Source of the DNA: an uncultured Thermomonas sp.
Lineage (GTDB): Bacteria > Pseudomonadota > Gammaproteobacteria > Xanthomonadales > Xanthomonadaceae
Direction: 5' to 3'
Length of the DNA: 64,000 nt
NCBI GenBank assembly: GCA_966203835.1
Contig: CBIHKW010000004.1
Location: 705-64,704 of the forward strand
The notes under the pieces were generated by a model that had not been told where the DNA came from, ran no database searches, and saw only the letters and a program-made list of their open reading frames with translations. Both the position numbers and the translations under genes were made by a program. Shown one piece after another: positions 27,748 through 41,088 of this stretch. Every line of letters starts with the position of its first letter. The first letter of the stretch is position 1.

Positions 27748-29943
27748 TCACGCCGGCTGCAGATTCGCGTACGCCATCACCAGCCACTTGCTGCCTTCGT
27801 CCTCGAAATTGACCTGGATGCGCGCATGCGCGCCACTGCCTTCGATATCGGTGACCACACCGCCGCCGAATTTCGCGTGAGTCACGTTCTGGCCGATGAG
27901 CAGACCGGGATTTTCCTGCAGCGACGCATGGCCGCGGCTCTGCTGCCACAGTTCGCGACGCGGCTGGGCGTTGTACATCGGCCGCGCGACCTGGATCTTC
28001 GGCCGCACTTCGTGGATCAGCGTCGTGGGAATCTCGCGCAGGAAGCGCGACGGCAGGCCGTACATGTCCTGGCCGTGCAGGCGGCGCGCTTCGGCATAGG
28101 TGATGACCAGCTTCTGGCGCGCACGGGTGATGCCGACGTAAGCGAGCCGGCGCTCTTCTTCCAGGCGGCCAGCTTCCTCTATCGATTTGTTGTTCGGGAA
28201 AAGCCCTTCTTCCAGGCCGACCAGAAACACCAGCGGAAATTCCAGACCCTTGGCGCTGTGCAGGGTCATCAGCTGCACGCCGTCCTCGCCGGCTTCGGTC
28301 TGACCTTCGCCGGCTTCGAGCGCGGCATACGCGAGGAACGCGATCAGCTCCGGCAGCGCCGCGGACTCCTCGTCGTCGCCCTTCACAAAGCGCGACGCCA
28401 CCGACACCAGTTCGTCGAGGTTGTCGGTGCGCGAATCCAGCGAGCCCTTCGACAGCGCGGCGTAATGGTCGCGTAATGCGGAACGCGCGAGCACGTGATC
28501 GATCTTGTCCTTCAGCGGCAGATCGCCCGATTCCTCGGCGATGGTGTCGATCAGGCCTTCGAACAGCGCCAAAGCGTTCCGCGCGCGGCCGGGCAGCAGG
28601 TCGCTGCGCGACACCAGCGCCGCCGCTTTCCACAGCGAAATGCCGTGGGCGCGCGCATAGCGGCGCACTTCGTCGAGCGTGCGCTCGCCGATGCCGCGCG
28701 TCGGCGTGTTGACCGCGCGCTCGAACGCCGCGTCGTCGTCGCGGTTAGCGATCAGGCGCATGTACGCCAGCGTGTCCTTGATTTCGGCGCGCTCGAAGAA
28801 GCGCATGCCGCCGTAGACGCGGAACGGAATCTGTTCGCCCAGCAGGGTTTCTTCGAACGCGCGCGACTGCGCGTTGCTGCGGTAGAGGATCGCGGTTTCG
28901 CCGTGGCTGCCGCCGTCGCGCACCCAGGCGCGGATGCGTTCGATCACGAACCGCGCTTCGTCGATTTCGTTGTAGGCCGCGTACAGATCGATCGGCTCGC
29001 CTTCGCCGCTGTCGGTCCACAGCTGTTTGCCGAGCCGCGACGGATTGTGCGCGATCACCGCGTTGGCGGCGTTGAGGATATTCGCGCTGGAGCGATAGTT
29101 CTGTTCCAGCCGGATGGTGCGCGCGCCGGGAAAATCGCGCAGGAAACGCTGCACGTTCTCGACTTTCGCGCCGCGCCACCCGTAGATCGCCTGATCGTCG
29201 TCGCCGACGGTGAACACCTGGCCGGTGTCGCCGGCGAGCAGGCGGATGAAGGCGTACTGCAGGCTGTTGGTGTCCTGGAACTCGTCGATCAACAGCTGCT
29301 GGAAACGATGGCGATAGTGCTGCAGCAGCGCCGGATGGTCGCGCAGCAGTTCGTGCGCGCGCAGCAGGATTTCGGCGAAATCGACAAGCCCCGACTGCTC
29401 GCAGCGTTCCTGATACAACGTGTAGGCGCGCAGCATCACGCTGGCCCATTCATCTTTTTCCGGTTGAATGTGCTGCGGGCGGCGGCCTTCGTCCTTCTGC
29501 GCGTTGATCCACCACGCGATTTGCCGCGGCGGGAACCGCGCCTCGTCCAGCTCCAGCGCCTGCACCACGCGCTTGACCAGCCGCAGCTGATCGTCGCTGT
29601 CGAGAATCTGGAAACCTTCCGGCAGCTTCGCGTCCTGCCAGTGCAGGCGCAGCAGGCGATGGGCGAGGCCGTGGAAGGTGCCGATCCACATGCCGCGGCT
29701 GCCGCCGGGCAGCAGCGATTCGGCGCGATGGCGCATCTCGCCCGCGGCCTTGTTGGTGAAGGTCACCGCAAAAATGCCGTGCATCGGCACGCCGTAGACT
29801 TCATGCAGCCAGGCGATGCGGTGGGTGAGGACACGGGTCTTGCCGGAACCGGCGCCGGCGAGCACGAGCAGGTGGCCGGATTCGGCGCTGATCGCTTCGC
29901 GTTGCGCGGCGTTCAGGCCGTCGAGCAGGTGGGAGACATCCAT
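27748..29943 (-). CDS. uvrD: DNA helicase II (UvrD)
   Basis: 731 aa with Walker A AGAGSGKT and UvrD/Rep superfamily-1 motifs throughout. Confidence 0.95.
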   Translation of the reverse strand: MDVSHLLDGLNAAQREAISAESGHLLVLAGAGSGKTRVLTHRIAWLHEVYGVPMHGIFAVTFTNKAAGEMRHRAESLLPGGSRGMWIGTFHGLAHRLLRLHWQDAKLPEGFQILDSDDQLRLVKRVVQALELDEARFPPRQIAWWINAQKDEGRRPQHIQPEKDEWASVMLRAYTLYQERCEQSGLVDFAEILLRAHELLRDHPALLQHYRHRFQQLLIDEFQDTNSLQYAFIRLLAGDTGQVFTVGDDDQAIYGWRGAKVENVQRFLRDFPGARTIRLEQNYRSSANILNAANAVIAHNPSRLGKQLWTDSGEGEPIDLYAAYNEIDEARFVIERIRAWVRDGGSHGETAILYRSNAQSRAFEETLLGEQIPFRVYGGMRFFERAEIKDTLAYMRLIANRDDDAAFERAVNTPTRGIGERTLDEVRRYARAHGISLWKAAALVSRSDLLPGRARNALALFEGLIDTIAEESGDLPLKDKIDHVLARSALRDHYAALSKGSLDSRTDNLDELVSVASRFVKGDDEESAALPELIAFLAYAALEAGEGQTEAGEDGVQLMTLHSAKGLEFPLVFLVGLEEGLFPNNKSIEEAGRLEEERRLAYVGITRARQKLVITYAEARRLHGQDMYGLPSRFLREIPTTLIHEVRPKIQVARPMYNAQPRRELWQQSRGHASLQENPGLLIGQNVTHAKFGGGVVTDIEGSGAHARIQVNFEDEGSKWLVMAYANLQPA

Positions 29944-30100
29944 GCCGGCATTCTACGCGATGGGCCATACGCGGCCCACGCATCTCCCGTACATCTTCCC
30001 GTAGAGGGTTCCGTAGAGCGGCCTTCAGGTCGCTGCTTTTCGCCGGCAATCAAAATCAGCCGCCTGAATGCCCCTCTAAGGGGATGTCACGTCGGTCGCG

Positions 30101-30748
30101 TCAGTGGTGATCGCGCTTGGTCGAACTGCCCATCATGATCCGGTCGGTCCAGGCGATGCCGATGGCCGAAACGATGAACAGCGCGTGGATGATCGCCTGC
30201 CACATCACACCGGTCGAGGTGATCGTGGTGCAGGGCTTGAGTTTCTGCCCGGCATCGATGAACGGCTGCATTGCTTGCATCGCTTCGATGCCGGCCATGG
30301 TGCTGCATAGCGGCAGACCGTCGACCATGCCGACCTCGATGAAACTCTTGAGCAGATGGATCGAGGAGATGCCGATGATCGCCATCGCCAGCTTCACTTT
30401 CAGCACGCTGGCGTTGACGTGGCTCAACCATTCCGGCTGGTCGGGATGACCCGCCAGATTCATCCGCGAGACGAAGGTTTCGTAGCCGCCCACGATCACC
30501 ATCATCAGCAGGTTGGAGATCATCACCACGTCGATCAGGCCCAGCACGATCAGCATGATGTCCTGTTCGCTGAGCGTCGGCGTTTCGTGGATGAGGTGCC
30601 ACAGCTCCTTGCCGAACAGGAACACGTACACGCCCTGGGCCACGATCAGGCCCAGATACAGCGGCAGCTGCAGCCAGCGCGAGGCGAAGATCAGCCGCGA
30701 CAGAGGGGTGAGCGACGGGTTGAGCGGTTTGTGCGAAGCGTTGGCCAT
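30101..30748 (-). CDS. yqhA: YqhA (UPF0114) family membrane protein
   Basis: 215 aa with the N-terminus IFASRWLQLPLYLGLIVAQ, characteristic of UPF0114. Confidence 0.8.
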   Translation of the reverse strand: MANASHKPLNPSLTPLSRLIFASRWLQLPLYLGLIVAQGVYVFLFGKELWHLIHETPTLSEQDIMLIVLGLIDVVMISNLLMMVIVGGYETFVSRMNLAGHPDQPEWLSHVNASVLKVKLAMAIIGISSIHLLKSFIEVGMVDGLPLCSTMAGIEAMQAMQPFIDAGQKLKPCTTITSTGVMWQAIIHALFIVSAIGIAWTDRIMMGSSTKRDHH

Positions 30749-30784
30749 GGGTGTACTGCGAAGGCGAAATCCGTCATAGGGTAG

Positions 30785-34409
<3,625 letters not shown>

Positions 34410-34413
<4 letters not shown>

Positions 34414-35300
34414 GCTCGCGCGCCGCGTTCCGTGCGCCGCTTTTGTGCGCGCTGCTTTTTTACGGGATGTTCTGCGCGACCGATGTCGCGGCGCAGACGA
34501 CCGTCTCCGCTCAAGCAAAACCAAAGCCCACCACCGAACAGGCCCGCGCGTTCGTCCAGAGCCTGCTGGTGAAATCGCCGTACCGGATGTCGGCGCAGGC
34601 GCGCGCAGGCGAGATCCGCTACCGGCTGCGTTTCGAATCGTCGCGCGAGTGGGCCTGGCCGGAGACCGGCGAACAGCGGTCAACGACCGATGCGAACGGC
34701 ATCGAACTGCGGATCTGCAACGACTGCGGCCGCGAGCCGCCGCCCACCGACGCGATGCTGCGCCGTTATCTCGCGCCCAACGCCTGGGTGCAAAGCGACG
34801 ACCGCCGCATCCGCAATTTCGCGCGCCAGCACACTCGCGGCGGCTCGCCGCACACCCGCATGCGCGCACTGGTGACGGCGATCCAGAAACACATGACCGG
34901 CGGCATCGACTACCGCGATTACCACGACGCGCTGACCGCGCTGGACACCCGCAGCGGCGACTGCACCGAATACGCGGTGCTGTTGGCGGCGTCGGCGCGC
35001 GCGCTGGGCATTCCGACGCGTCTGGCGCACGGCATCGCCTATTCCAGCCGCTTCACCGGGCAGGCGCACGTGTTCAGTCCGCACGTCTGGGTACAGGTCT
35101 GGGACGGCAAGCGTTGGACCAGCTACGACGCCGGGCTCGGCCGCTTCGACGCAGGGCACTTGGCGCTGTATCTCGGCGATGGCAGCCCCGACGGCCTCAG
35201 CGGCCTCGCGCGCATCATCCGCGACCTGCGGATCGAGGAAGCCGCCGGGATCCTGCACGCACCGGCTGCGGATGCCTCCGCAGCCTCGATCGGACATTAA
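34410..35300 (+). CDS. transglutaminase-like cysteine peptidase domain protein
   Basis: 296 aa with a signal peptide and the core SGDCTEYAVLLAASARALGIPTR...HVWVQVW...YDAG. Confidence 0.75.
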
Positions 35301-35905
35301 CGCGAGCCGTCGCTTCCGGCAGGCAGCTCGTCCTGCGCTGCGATCATCGGCAACTCCGGCAGCAGCGATTCTTCGTCGACCCACTCGGCATCCGCGGGGT
35401 CATGGATGCCGCCGCCGGTCACGACTATCGAATCGAGTTCTTCCTCATCCATTTCCTGACCGCCGCCCGGAGCGAGCGCCAGCGTATGCATGGGCAGCAC
35501 CGGCACGCTCATGTCCAGCGCCGCCAATGCCTCCTGCGAATCGTTCACGCCGCCGACGAATACGATCTCGTCGAAAAACACGTCGTCTTCCTCCACGCCC
35601 TGCAGCGCGGCCGCCACCGTGGGTTGGCCAACCGATGCGGCTGCGGGATCGCCGGCATACGCGGTCGTCGTGATCAGGGTCGCGGCGATGGCGGCGCCGA
35701 TGCGGCCTACGCGGCGCGGCGCGGGCCGGCGATACGACACGCAGATCGGGCCTGTGGCAGCGGCGAGCAGCGCACGGCGCTCAGCCTCGCTCATGTCGCT
35801 CAGGGCGTGCACGTGCTTGTCGCAGCGGTCGCAGTGACCGTCGATGGCGCGCAGTTCCTCTGCGCTCAGCGGGCAGGGGCTGTCGATCCTGGGAAAACTG
35901 GGCAT
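35297..35905 (-). CDS. single-pass membrane protein with an N-terminal Cys/His cluster and an acidic C-terminal domain
   Basis: CPLS...GHCDRCDKHVH, then the TM segment IGAAIAATLITTTAYAG, then the acidic tail containing ELDSIVVTGGG. The track ORF extends to 35947. Confidence 0.5.
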   Translation of the reverse strand: MPSFPRIDSPCPLSAEELRAIDGHCDRCDKHVHALSDMSEAERRALLAAATGPICVSYRRPAPRRVGRIGAAIAATLITTTAYAGDPAAASVGQPTVAAALQGVEEDDVFFDEIVFVGGVNDSQEALAALDMSVPVLPMHTLALAPGGGQEMDEEELDSIVVTGGGIHDPADAEWVDEESLLPELPMIAAQDELPAGSDGSR

Positions 35906-36077
35906 GCACGGCTCCGGAGTGGCGTTTCTACGGCTTCTGGATACCACAGCGGCGGCGGCGCGGACAATCTCAGGCCCTGCGCCGGGCCTGGCGGATCATC
36001 GTCCGCATGACCTTCGACGCTGGCCCCACCCATGGCCCCGGCGTAGTGTCGTCCCACTCCTCCGACCGGATCCGCCG

Positions 36078-37886
36078 ATGAAACCCCTCGCACTCGCTGC
36101 CGCGCTCTGCTGCGCGCTCGCCATTCCCCTGCACGCCCACGCGGCATCGCCCGCGCCTGCCGCCGCGGCTAAAACCGCGGCCGCCAAACCCGCGCCCGCC
36201 TGGGTGACCACCAGCAACGCCAACGCCCAGATCCTGCTGGAAGCGCAGCTGCAGTTCCAGCCGGAAGCCGGCTCGTTCTTCGGCATTCCCGGCTACGACG
36301 AAAAGGTCGCCGATCTCGGCCCGGACAACGGCGCGCGCCTGCGCAAGGCCACCGCCGACGCCAAGGCCAAGCTGCAGGAAAAGCTGCAGCTGGAGCGCGA
36401 CCCCAACGTGCGCCAGGATCTGGAAATCATGATCCAGGCCGCGGACGACACCATCGAGTCGTCGCTGGTCAACGAGCGCCTGGTGGTGCCGTACATCGAC
36501 GCGCCGCAATTGGTGTTCCAGGGCTTGAAGGGCTTGTTGTCCGAGCAGACCCCGGCCGATCGCCGCGCCAAGGCGCTGGATCGTCTCAAGGCCTACACCG
36601 GCATCGCGCCGGGCACGACCGCGACCACGGTGCTGGCGCGCCAGCGCTACGAGGAACGCGCCACCAACGCCGAACTGCTGCGGCCGACCAAACTCGAAGT
36701 GGAGCAGGCGCTGGGCAACGCCGAGACCTACATCGCCGGCATCCGCAAACTCTTCGCGGAATACAAGATCGAAGGCAGCGCGGCCGCGCTCGACGCGCTC
36801 GAAAAGCAGTTCGCTGATTACGTGGCCTGGACGCGCAAGGACGTGCTGCCGAAGGCGCGCACCGACACACAGCTGCCGCCGGAGCTGTACGCATTGCAGC
36901 TGAAGCAGGTCGGCATCGACATTCCGCCGGCACTGCTGATCCAACGCGCGCGGCTCGCGTTCATGGAAACCCGCGCCGCGATGGACCGGCTGGCGCCGCT
37001 GGTGGCGAAGGACAAAGGCATCGCCGCCACCGATTACCGCGGCGTGATCCGCGCGCTGAAACGCGACACGATCCCGAACGATCAACTCGAAGCGCGCTAC
37101 CGCACGGTCATCGACATCATCGATCCGATCATCCTTCGCGAGCGCATCGTCGATGTGCCGAACCGGCCGATGGTGATGCGCCTGGGCACCGAAGCCGAAA
37201 GCGCCGCGCAGCCCGCACCGCATTTCCTGCCCGCGCCGCTGGTCGGCAACACCGGTCAGCAGGGCCAGTTCGTGCTGCCGCTGAGCAATCCGGCGCTCAG
37301 CGAAAAGGCCGAAGCCTACGACGACTTCAACTTCCCGGCGGTGGCGTGGACGCTCTCCGCCCATGAAGGCCGCCCGGGCCACGAACTGCAGTTCACCGCG
37401 ATGGTCGAACGCGGCGTCTCGCTGGCGCGCACGCTGTTCGCGTTCAATTCGGTGAACGTGGAAGGCTGGGCGCTGTACGCCGAAGCCGAAATGATCCCCT
37501 ACGAACCGCTGGACGGCCAGCTGATCGCACTGCAGTTCCGGCTGCTGCGCGCAGCGCGCGCGATGCTCGACCCGATGCTCAACCTCGGCATGATCGATCG
37601 CGCGCGCGCCGAGAAAGTATTGATCGACGACGTGGGCCTGTCGAAAGCGATGGCGCGCCAGGAACTGGATCGCTACACCTTCAACGCACCCGGCCAGGCC
37701 GGCAGCTACTTCTACGGCTACGCCCGCATCCTCGAACTGCGCGCCGAAACCGAACTCGCACTGGGCGACAAATTCGACCGCCTCGCCTTCAACAACTTCC
37801 TGCTGGACCAAGGCATGCTGCCGCCGGATCTGCTGGCGAAGGCCGTGCGCGAGCAGTTCGTGCCGGCGCAGTTGAAGAAACGCTGA
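36078..37886 (+). CDS. DUF885 family protein (secreted)
   Basis: I chose the start MKPLALAAALCCALAIPLHAHA. It has the signature HEGRPGHELQF. Confidence 0.85.
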   Translation: MKPLALAAALCCALAIPLHAHAASPAPAAAAKTAAAKPAPAWVTTSNANAQILLEAQLQFQPEAGSFFGIPGYDEKVADLGPDNGARLRKATADAKAKLQEKLQLERDPNVRQDLEIMIQAADDTIESSLVNERLVVPYIDAPQLVFQGLKGLLSEQTPADRRAKALDRLKAYTGIAPGTTATTVLARQRYEERATNAELLRPTKLEVEQALGNAETYIAGIRKLFAEYKIEGSAAALDALEKQFADYVAWTRKDVLPKARTDTQLPPELYALQLKQVGIDIPPALLIQRARLAFMETRAAMDRLAPLVAKDKGIAATDYRGVIRALKRDTIPNDQLEARYRTVIDIIDPIILRERIVDVPNRPMVMRLGTEAESAAQPAPHFLPAPLVGNTGQQGQFVLPLSNPALSEKAEAYDDFNFPAVAWTLSAHEGRPGHELQFTAMVERGVSLARTLFAFNSVNVEGWALYAEAEMIPYEPLDGQLIALQFRLLRAARAMLDPMLNLGMIDRARAEKVLIDDVGLSKAMARQELDRYTFNAPGQAGSYFYGYARILELRAETELALGDKFDRLAFNNFLLDQGMLPPDLLAKAVREQFVPAQLKKR

Positions 37887-37951
37887 GACGCGTAGTTCGC
37901 TGATCGCTGCGGTCAGCCATCGCAGCGATCACGCAATCGTCGCAACCGCGG

Positions 37952-37977
37952 AGCGCCGGGAAACCGGCGCTTTTTTT
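37952..37977 (+). terminator. rho-independent terminator of the DUF885 gene
   Basis: agcgccgg-gaaa-ccggcgct followed by seven T. Confidence 0.85.
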
Positions 37978-38016
37978 GTGCCTGCTGCACGCAGGCAACC
38001 ATCGGTCCGCCAACCC

Positions 38017-38049
38017 GTAGCCCGGGTCTCGCCACCGGCGAGACCCGGG
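38017..38049. repeat. REP (GTAGCCCGGG hairpin family) in a core intergenic region
   Basis: gtag + cccgggtctcgcc-acc-ggcgagacccggg. It shows that the CCCGGG hairpin family is genome-wide and not specific to the island. Confidence 0.75.
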
Positions 38050-38157
38050 GAACACTCACCGCAAGCCAAGACATTTTCGACATCACATCATCCGTGACCG
38101 AACCAGCACGATCGTGCTCCGAAGCTGCACATCGCTGCGCTCACCTCACCCCACGCG

Positions 38158-39081
38158 CTATGCAACTGCCCGCAACCATGCCAGCAAATCCGCCTGCGGA
38201 CTGTCCGGCCGCAAGGGCTGCGGCGACAACAGGCAGTAGCGCGAGTCGTCCTCGATAAACCCCAGCGGCGCGGCGAGCACGCCGTTGTCCAGGTCGTCGC
38301 GCACCAGATGCCACGGGCCGATCGCCACGCCCAGACCAGCCACGGCCGCCTGCAAGCTGAAATAGAAATGCTCGAAGGTTTGCCCGTTCACATCGGATGC
38401 GGGCTGGCCTGCGGCCGCAGCCCATCCCGGCCACGCGCCCGGCCGCGTGCGCGTGTGCAGGCGCGGAGCGCCGGACTTGAGCGCAGCGCCGGCCTTCTTC
38501 ATCGTGAACCAAGCCGCCACCTTGTCGGGGCGACAGACCGGGCCGACCTTTTCCGCAAACAAGGGTTCGGCGTGATAGCCCTCGGGCCAGGGGAAGTCGT
38601 CGCGGCGGATGGCCAAGTCGATGCCGCTGGCGAAGGAGAACGGCCCGCCACCGGCGACCAGGTGAACGTCGATCCCCGGATGCCGGGCCTGGAAGTCCGG
38701 CCAGCGCGGGATCAACCAGCGCATCAACAGTGTCGGCTCGCACGACAGCACCCAGCGTCGCCCCTGGCGGGCGCGGGCGCGCAACTCGCCGACGGCCTGC
38801 CTCATCAGATCCAAACCATTGCCTACCGCCCGCGCCAGCGTGCGGCCGGCATCGGTCAGGAACACGCGCTGGCTGCGCCGCTCGAACAACGCCACGCCCA
38901 GCTCGTCTTCGAGGAGGCGCACTGCACGGCTGACCGCGCCGTGGGTCAGGTGCAGTTCGGCGGCGGCCCGGCTGAAATTCTCCAACCGGGCCGCCGCCTC
39001 GAAGCAGCGCAGCGCCAGCAAGGAGGGCAGGCGCACATCCGTTGATGGTGAATCTGGCTCACCATTGCTGTCAGAAAACAT
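38158..39081 (-). CDS. LysR family transcriptional regulator
   Basis: 307 aa with the N-terminal wHTH FEAAARLENFSRAAAELHLTHGAVSRAV. It is divergent from the LysE gene. Confidence 0.9.
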   Translation of the reverse strand: MFSDSNGEPDSPSTDVRLPSLLALRCFEAAARLENFSRAAAELHLTHGAVSRAVRLLEDELGVALFERRSQRVFLTDAGRTLARAVGNGLDLMRQAVGELRARARQGRRWVLSCEPTLLMRWLIPRWPDFQARHPGIDVHLVAGGGPFSFASGIDLAIRRDDFPWPEGYHAEPLFAEKVGPVCRPDKVAAWFTMKKAGAALKSGAPRLHTRTRPGAWPGWAAAAGQPASDVNGQTFEHFYFSLQAAVAGLGVAIGPWHLVRDDLDNGVLAAPLGFIEDDSRYCLLSPQPLRPDSPQADLLAWLRAVA

Positions 39082-39085
39082 CGTT

Positions 39086-39098
39086 ATTCACCCGGAAT
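39086..39098. promoter_or_regulatory. possible LysR-type T-N11-A box
   Basis: The palindrome ATTC-N5-GAAT (attcacccggaat) in the LysR/LysE divergent intergenic region. Confidence 0.3.
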
Positions 39099-39145
39099 TC
39101 TTGTCGGTATCGTCTGGCTGATTCGTTGTTTCGAGAAGATACGCC

Positions 39146-39763
39146 ATGACCGAATTGATAGCTGTCATCACAATCACCTTACTGGCTGTCATCAGCCCTG
39201 GGCCGGACTTCGCGATGGTCTCGCGCAACAGCCTCATGCTCTCGCGCCGTGCCGGCGTGCTGACGGCCGTGGGTATCGGTCTGGGCGTGCTCGTCCACAT
39301 CACCTACACCCTCGTCGGTGTCGGCCTGCTGATCCAGCAATCGCTCTGGCTGTTCAACGCCATCAAGCTGGTCGGCGCCGTCTATCTGGTCTATCTCGGC
39401 GTGAAGCTGCTGCGGGCCAAGCCCAGCGGCGGGCTCGCCGAAAGCGCCGTCGCACCATTGTCGGATGCTGCGGCCTTGCGTACCGGCTTCCTGACCAATG
39501 CGCTGAACCCCAAGACCACGGTGTTCATCGTCAGCCTGTTCATGCAGGTGGTGCGTCCCGAAACGCCGCTGGCAGTGCAGATCGGCTATGGCGCTTTCAT
39601 CTCGGCGGCGCACATGGCCTGGTTCGGCCTCGTGGCGCTTTGCTTCTCGGCTGGAGCCGTGCGCGACCGGCTACTGGCCGTGCGCCACTGGATCGACCGC
39701 GCCTTCGGCGGGCTGCTGATCGGCTTCGGCATCCTGCTGGCGGTGGCGCGCGGATCGCGCTGA
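39146..39763 (+). CDS. LysE/RhtB family amino-acid exporter
   Basis: 205 aa with the N-terminus SPGPDF and six hydrophobic segments. Confidence 0.9.
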   Translation: MTELIAVITITLLAVISPGPDFAMVSRNSLMLSRRAGVLTAVGIGLGVLVHITYTLVGVGLLIQQSLWLFNAIKLVGAVYLVYLGVKLLRAKPSGGLAESAVAPLSDAAALRTGFLTNALNPKTTVFIVSLFMQVVRPETPLAVQIGYGAFISAAHMAWFGLVALCFSAGAVRDRLLAVRHWIDRAFGGLLIGFGILLAVARGSR

Positions 39764-39821
39764 CCGCGCGGGGCATCCATCACGATTGGATCATCCAAAT
39801 CACGGCGCAGACCGCGTAGCA

Positions 39822-39847
39822 AGCAGGGCGGGCTTGAGCCCGCCCTG
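39822..39847. repeat. REP-like hairpin between convergent genes
   Basis: gcagggcgggc-ttga-gcccgccctgc preceded by gtagcaa. Confidence 0.6.
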
Positions 39848-39859
39848 CGCGACTCGACC

Positions 39860-40948
39860 TTACCGAATCTCCGTCACCAACGTCGGCAACTCCCACGCAC
39901 CACCCGCGAAGCCTTTGCACATCCCCGTGGAAGATGCGCTGGTCTGCACGAAGCCGGTGCCGTTCCAGGTCCATTCTTCGGAGCCCCAGCAGTCGCCGAT
40001 GCCGCGCGCTTTCTGGGTGGAGCCCAGGGTGCCGTTATCGAAGTCGGTGGCGTCGGCGGTGACCAGTTCGGGACGATAAGGTGCGGTGTCGTTGATGATC
40101 CAGTAGCCGCTGCCGGCGTTGTAGGCGGCCAGCCAGCAGCGGGTGGAGACCAGCAGTTTCGTCTTCGTCAGTCGCACCACGTCGAGTGCCCGCTCTTCGT
40201 CGCCCGTCTCTTCGCCCGTTTCGTGCAGATCGCCGCAGCTGTCCTCATCGGTCGCGCTGCGCAGCGCCTTGCGCAGGGCGTCGCCGTGCTGGGCGATGAA
40301 GCGCGCGTCGCCGGGTTTGGCCGGCACTAGCGGTGCGGCTTTCACGACCGGCGCGGGCAGCGGCGGCGGCACGGTCGCTTCGGTCTTCTTGCCTTTGCGA
40401 TACGCGGCGCCGACGGTGCCGATGCGGCCCTGGAATTCGTCCATCTTCAGCAGCACCGCAGCGGCGCCGCGATCGGAAAGCGCCCAGACGGTCTTGCCTG
40501 CGCGGAATTCGATCTCCGTGTCGCGCGTCAGCGCTTTCAGCAATGCCGCGACCTGCGCAGCGGTGAGGTCGGCTTGAAGCGCGGTCTTGCCCACGGTGCG
40601 CTCACCGTAGGATTTGCCGTCGATCCACAGCGCGACGCGGAACTGCGCGGGCAGGGCGTCGAGCATGCTGTCCGCCCAGCCGTCGCCCAATGTCACCTGA
40701 CCCGCGACGGCTGTGCCCGCACCGGCCTTGCGGGTGAGCAGCACGCTGACCGGCATGTCGGCATCGTCGCGCTGATAGCCGGCCACACGACAGGTGCGGG
40801 TGTTGTCGCAGACCATCTGCCAGTCCTGATGATCGAAGCTGCCTTCCTCGGCCCGCGCCGGTAACGCCGCGGGCGCGGCCAATGCGAGGAACAGGGCGGC
40901 ATGAAGGATGCGGCTGCGTTGCGGGATGCGGGTCATGCGCGATTCCAA
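39860..40948 (-). CDS. secreted Cys-containing protein, probably DUF1176 family
   Basis: 362 aa with a signal peptide, WQMVCDNTRTCRVAGYQ near the N-terminus and further conserved-looking Cys residues at the C-terminus. The family assignment is from memory only. Confidence 0.55.
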   Translation of the reverse strand: MESRMTRIPQRSRILHAALFLALAAPAALPARAEEGSFDHQDWQMVCDNTRTCRVAGYQRDDADMPVSVLLTRKAGAGTAVAGQVTLGDGWADSMLDALPAQFRVALWIDGKSYGERTVGKTALQADLTAAQVAALLKALTRDTEIEFRAGKTVWALSDRGAAAVLLKMDEFQGRIGTVGAAYRKGKKTEATVPPPLPAPVVKAAPLVPAKPGDARFIAQHGDALRKALRSATDEDSCGDLHETGEETGDEERALDVVRLTKTKLLVSTRCWLAAYNAGSGYWIINDTAPYRPELVTADATDFDNGTLGSTQKARGIGDCWGSEEWTWNGTGFVQTSASSTGMCKGFAGGAWELPTLVTEIR

Positions 40949-41024
40949 GCGTGGGCGATGTGCGCGTGAGCATAGCGAATCGGCCGATGGCGGATTGGCC
41001 CGCGTGCGCGACGGCAGCGATGGC

Positions 41025-41046
41025 GGCGTGCTTGAGCACGCCCTAC
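41025..41046. repeat. REP (GGCGTGCTTGAGCACGCCCTAC)
   Basis: Inverse copy of the element at 12927-12948. Confidence 0.7.
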
Positions 41047-41088
41047 TCGATCTCGATCACTCGATGCGCGCGATCTTTCCGCGGCGCT

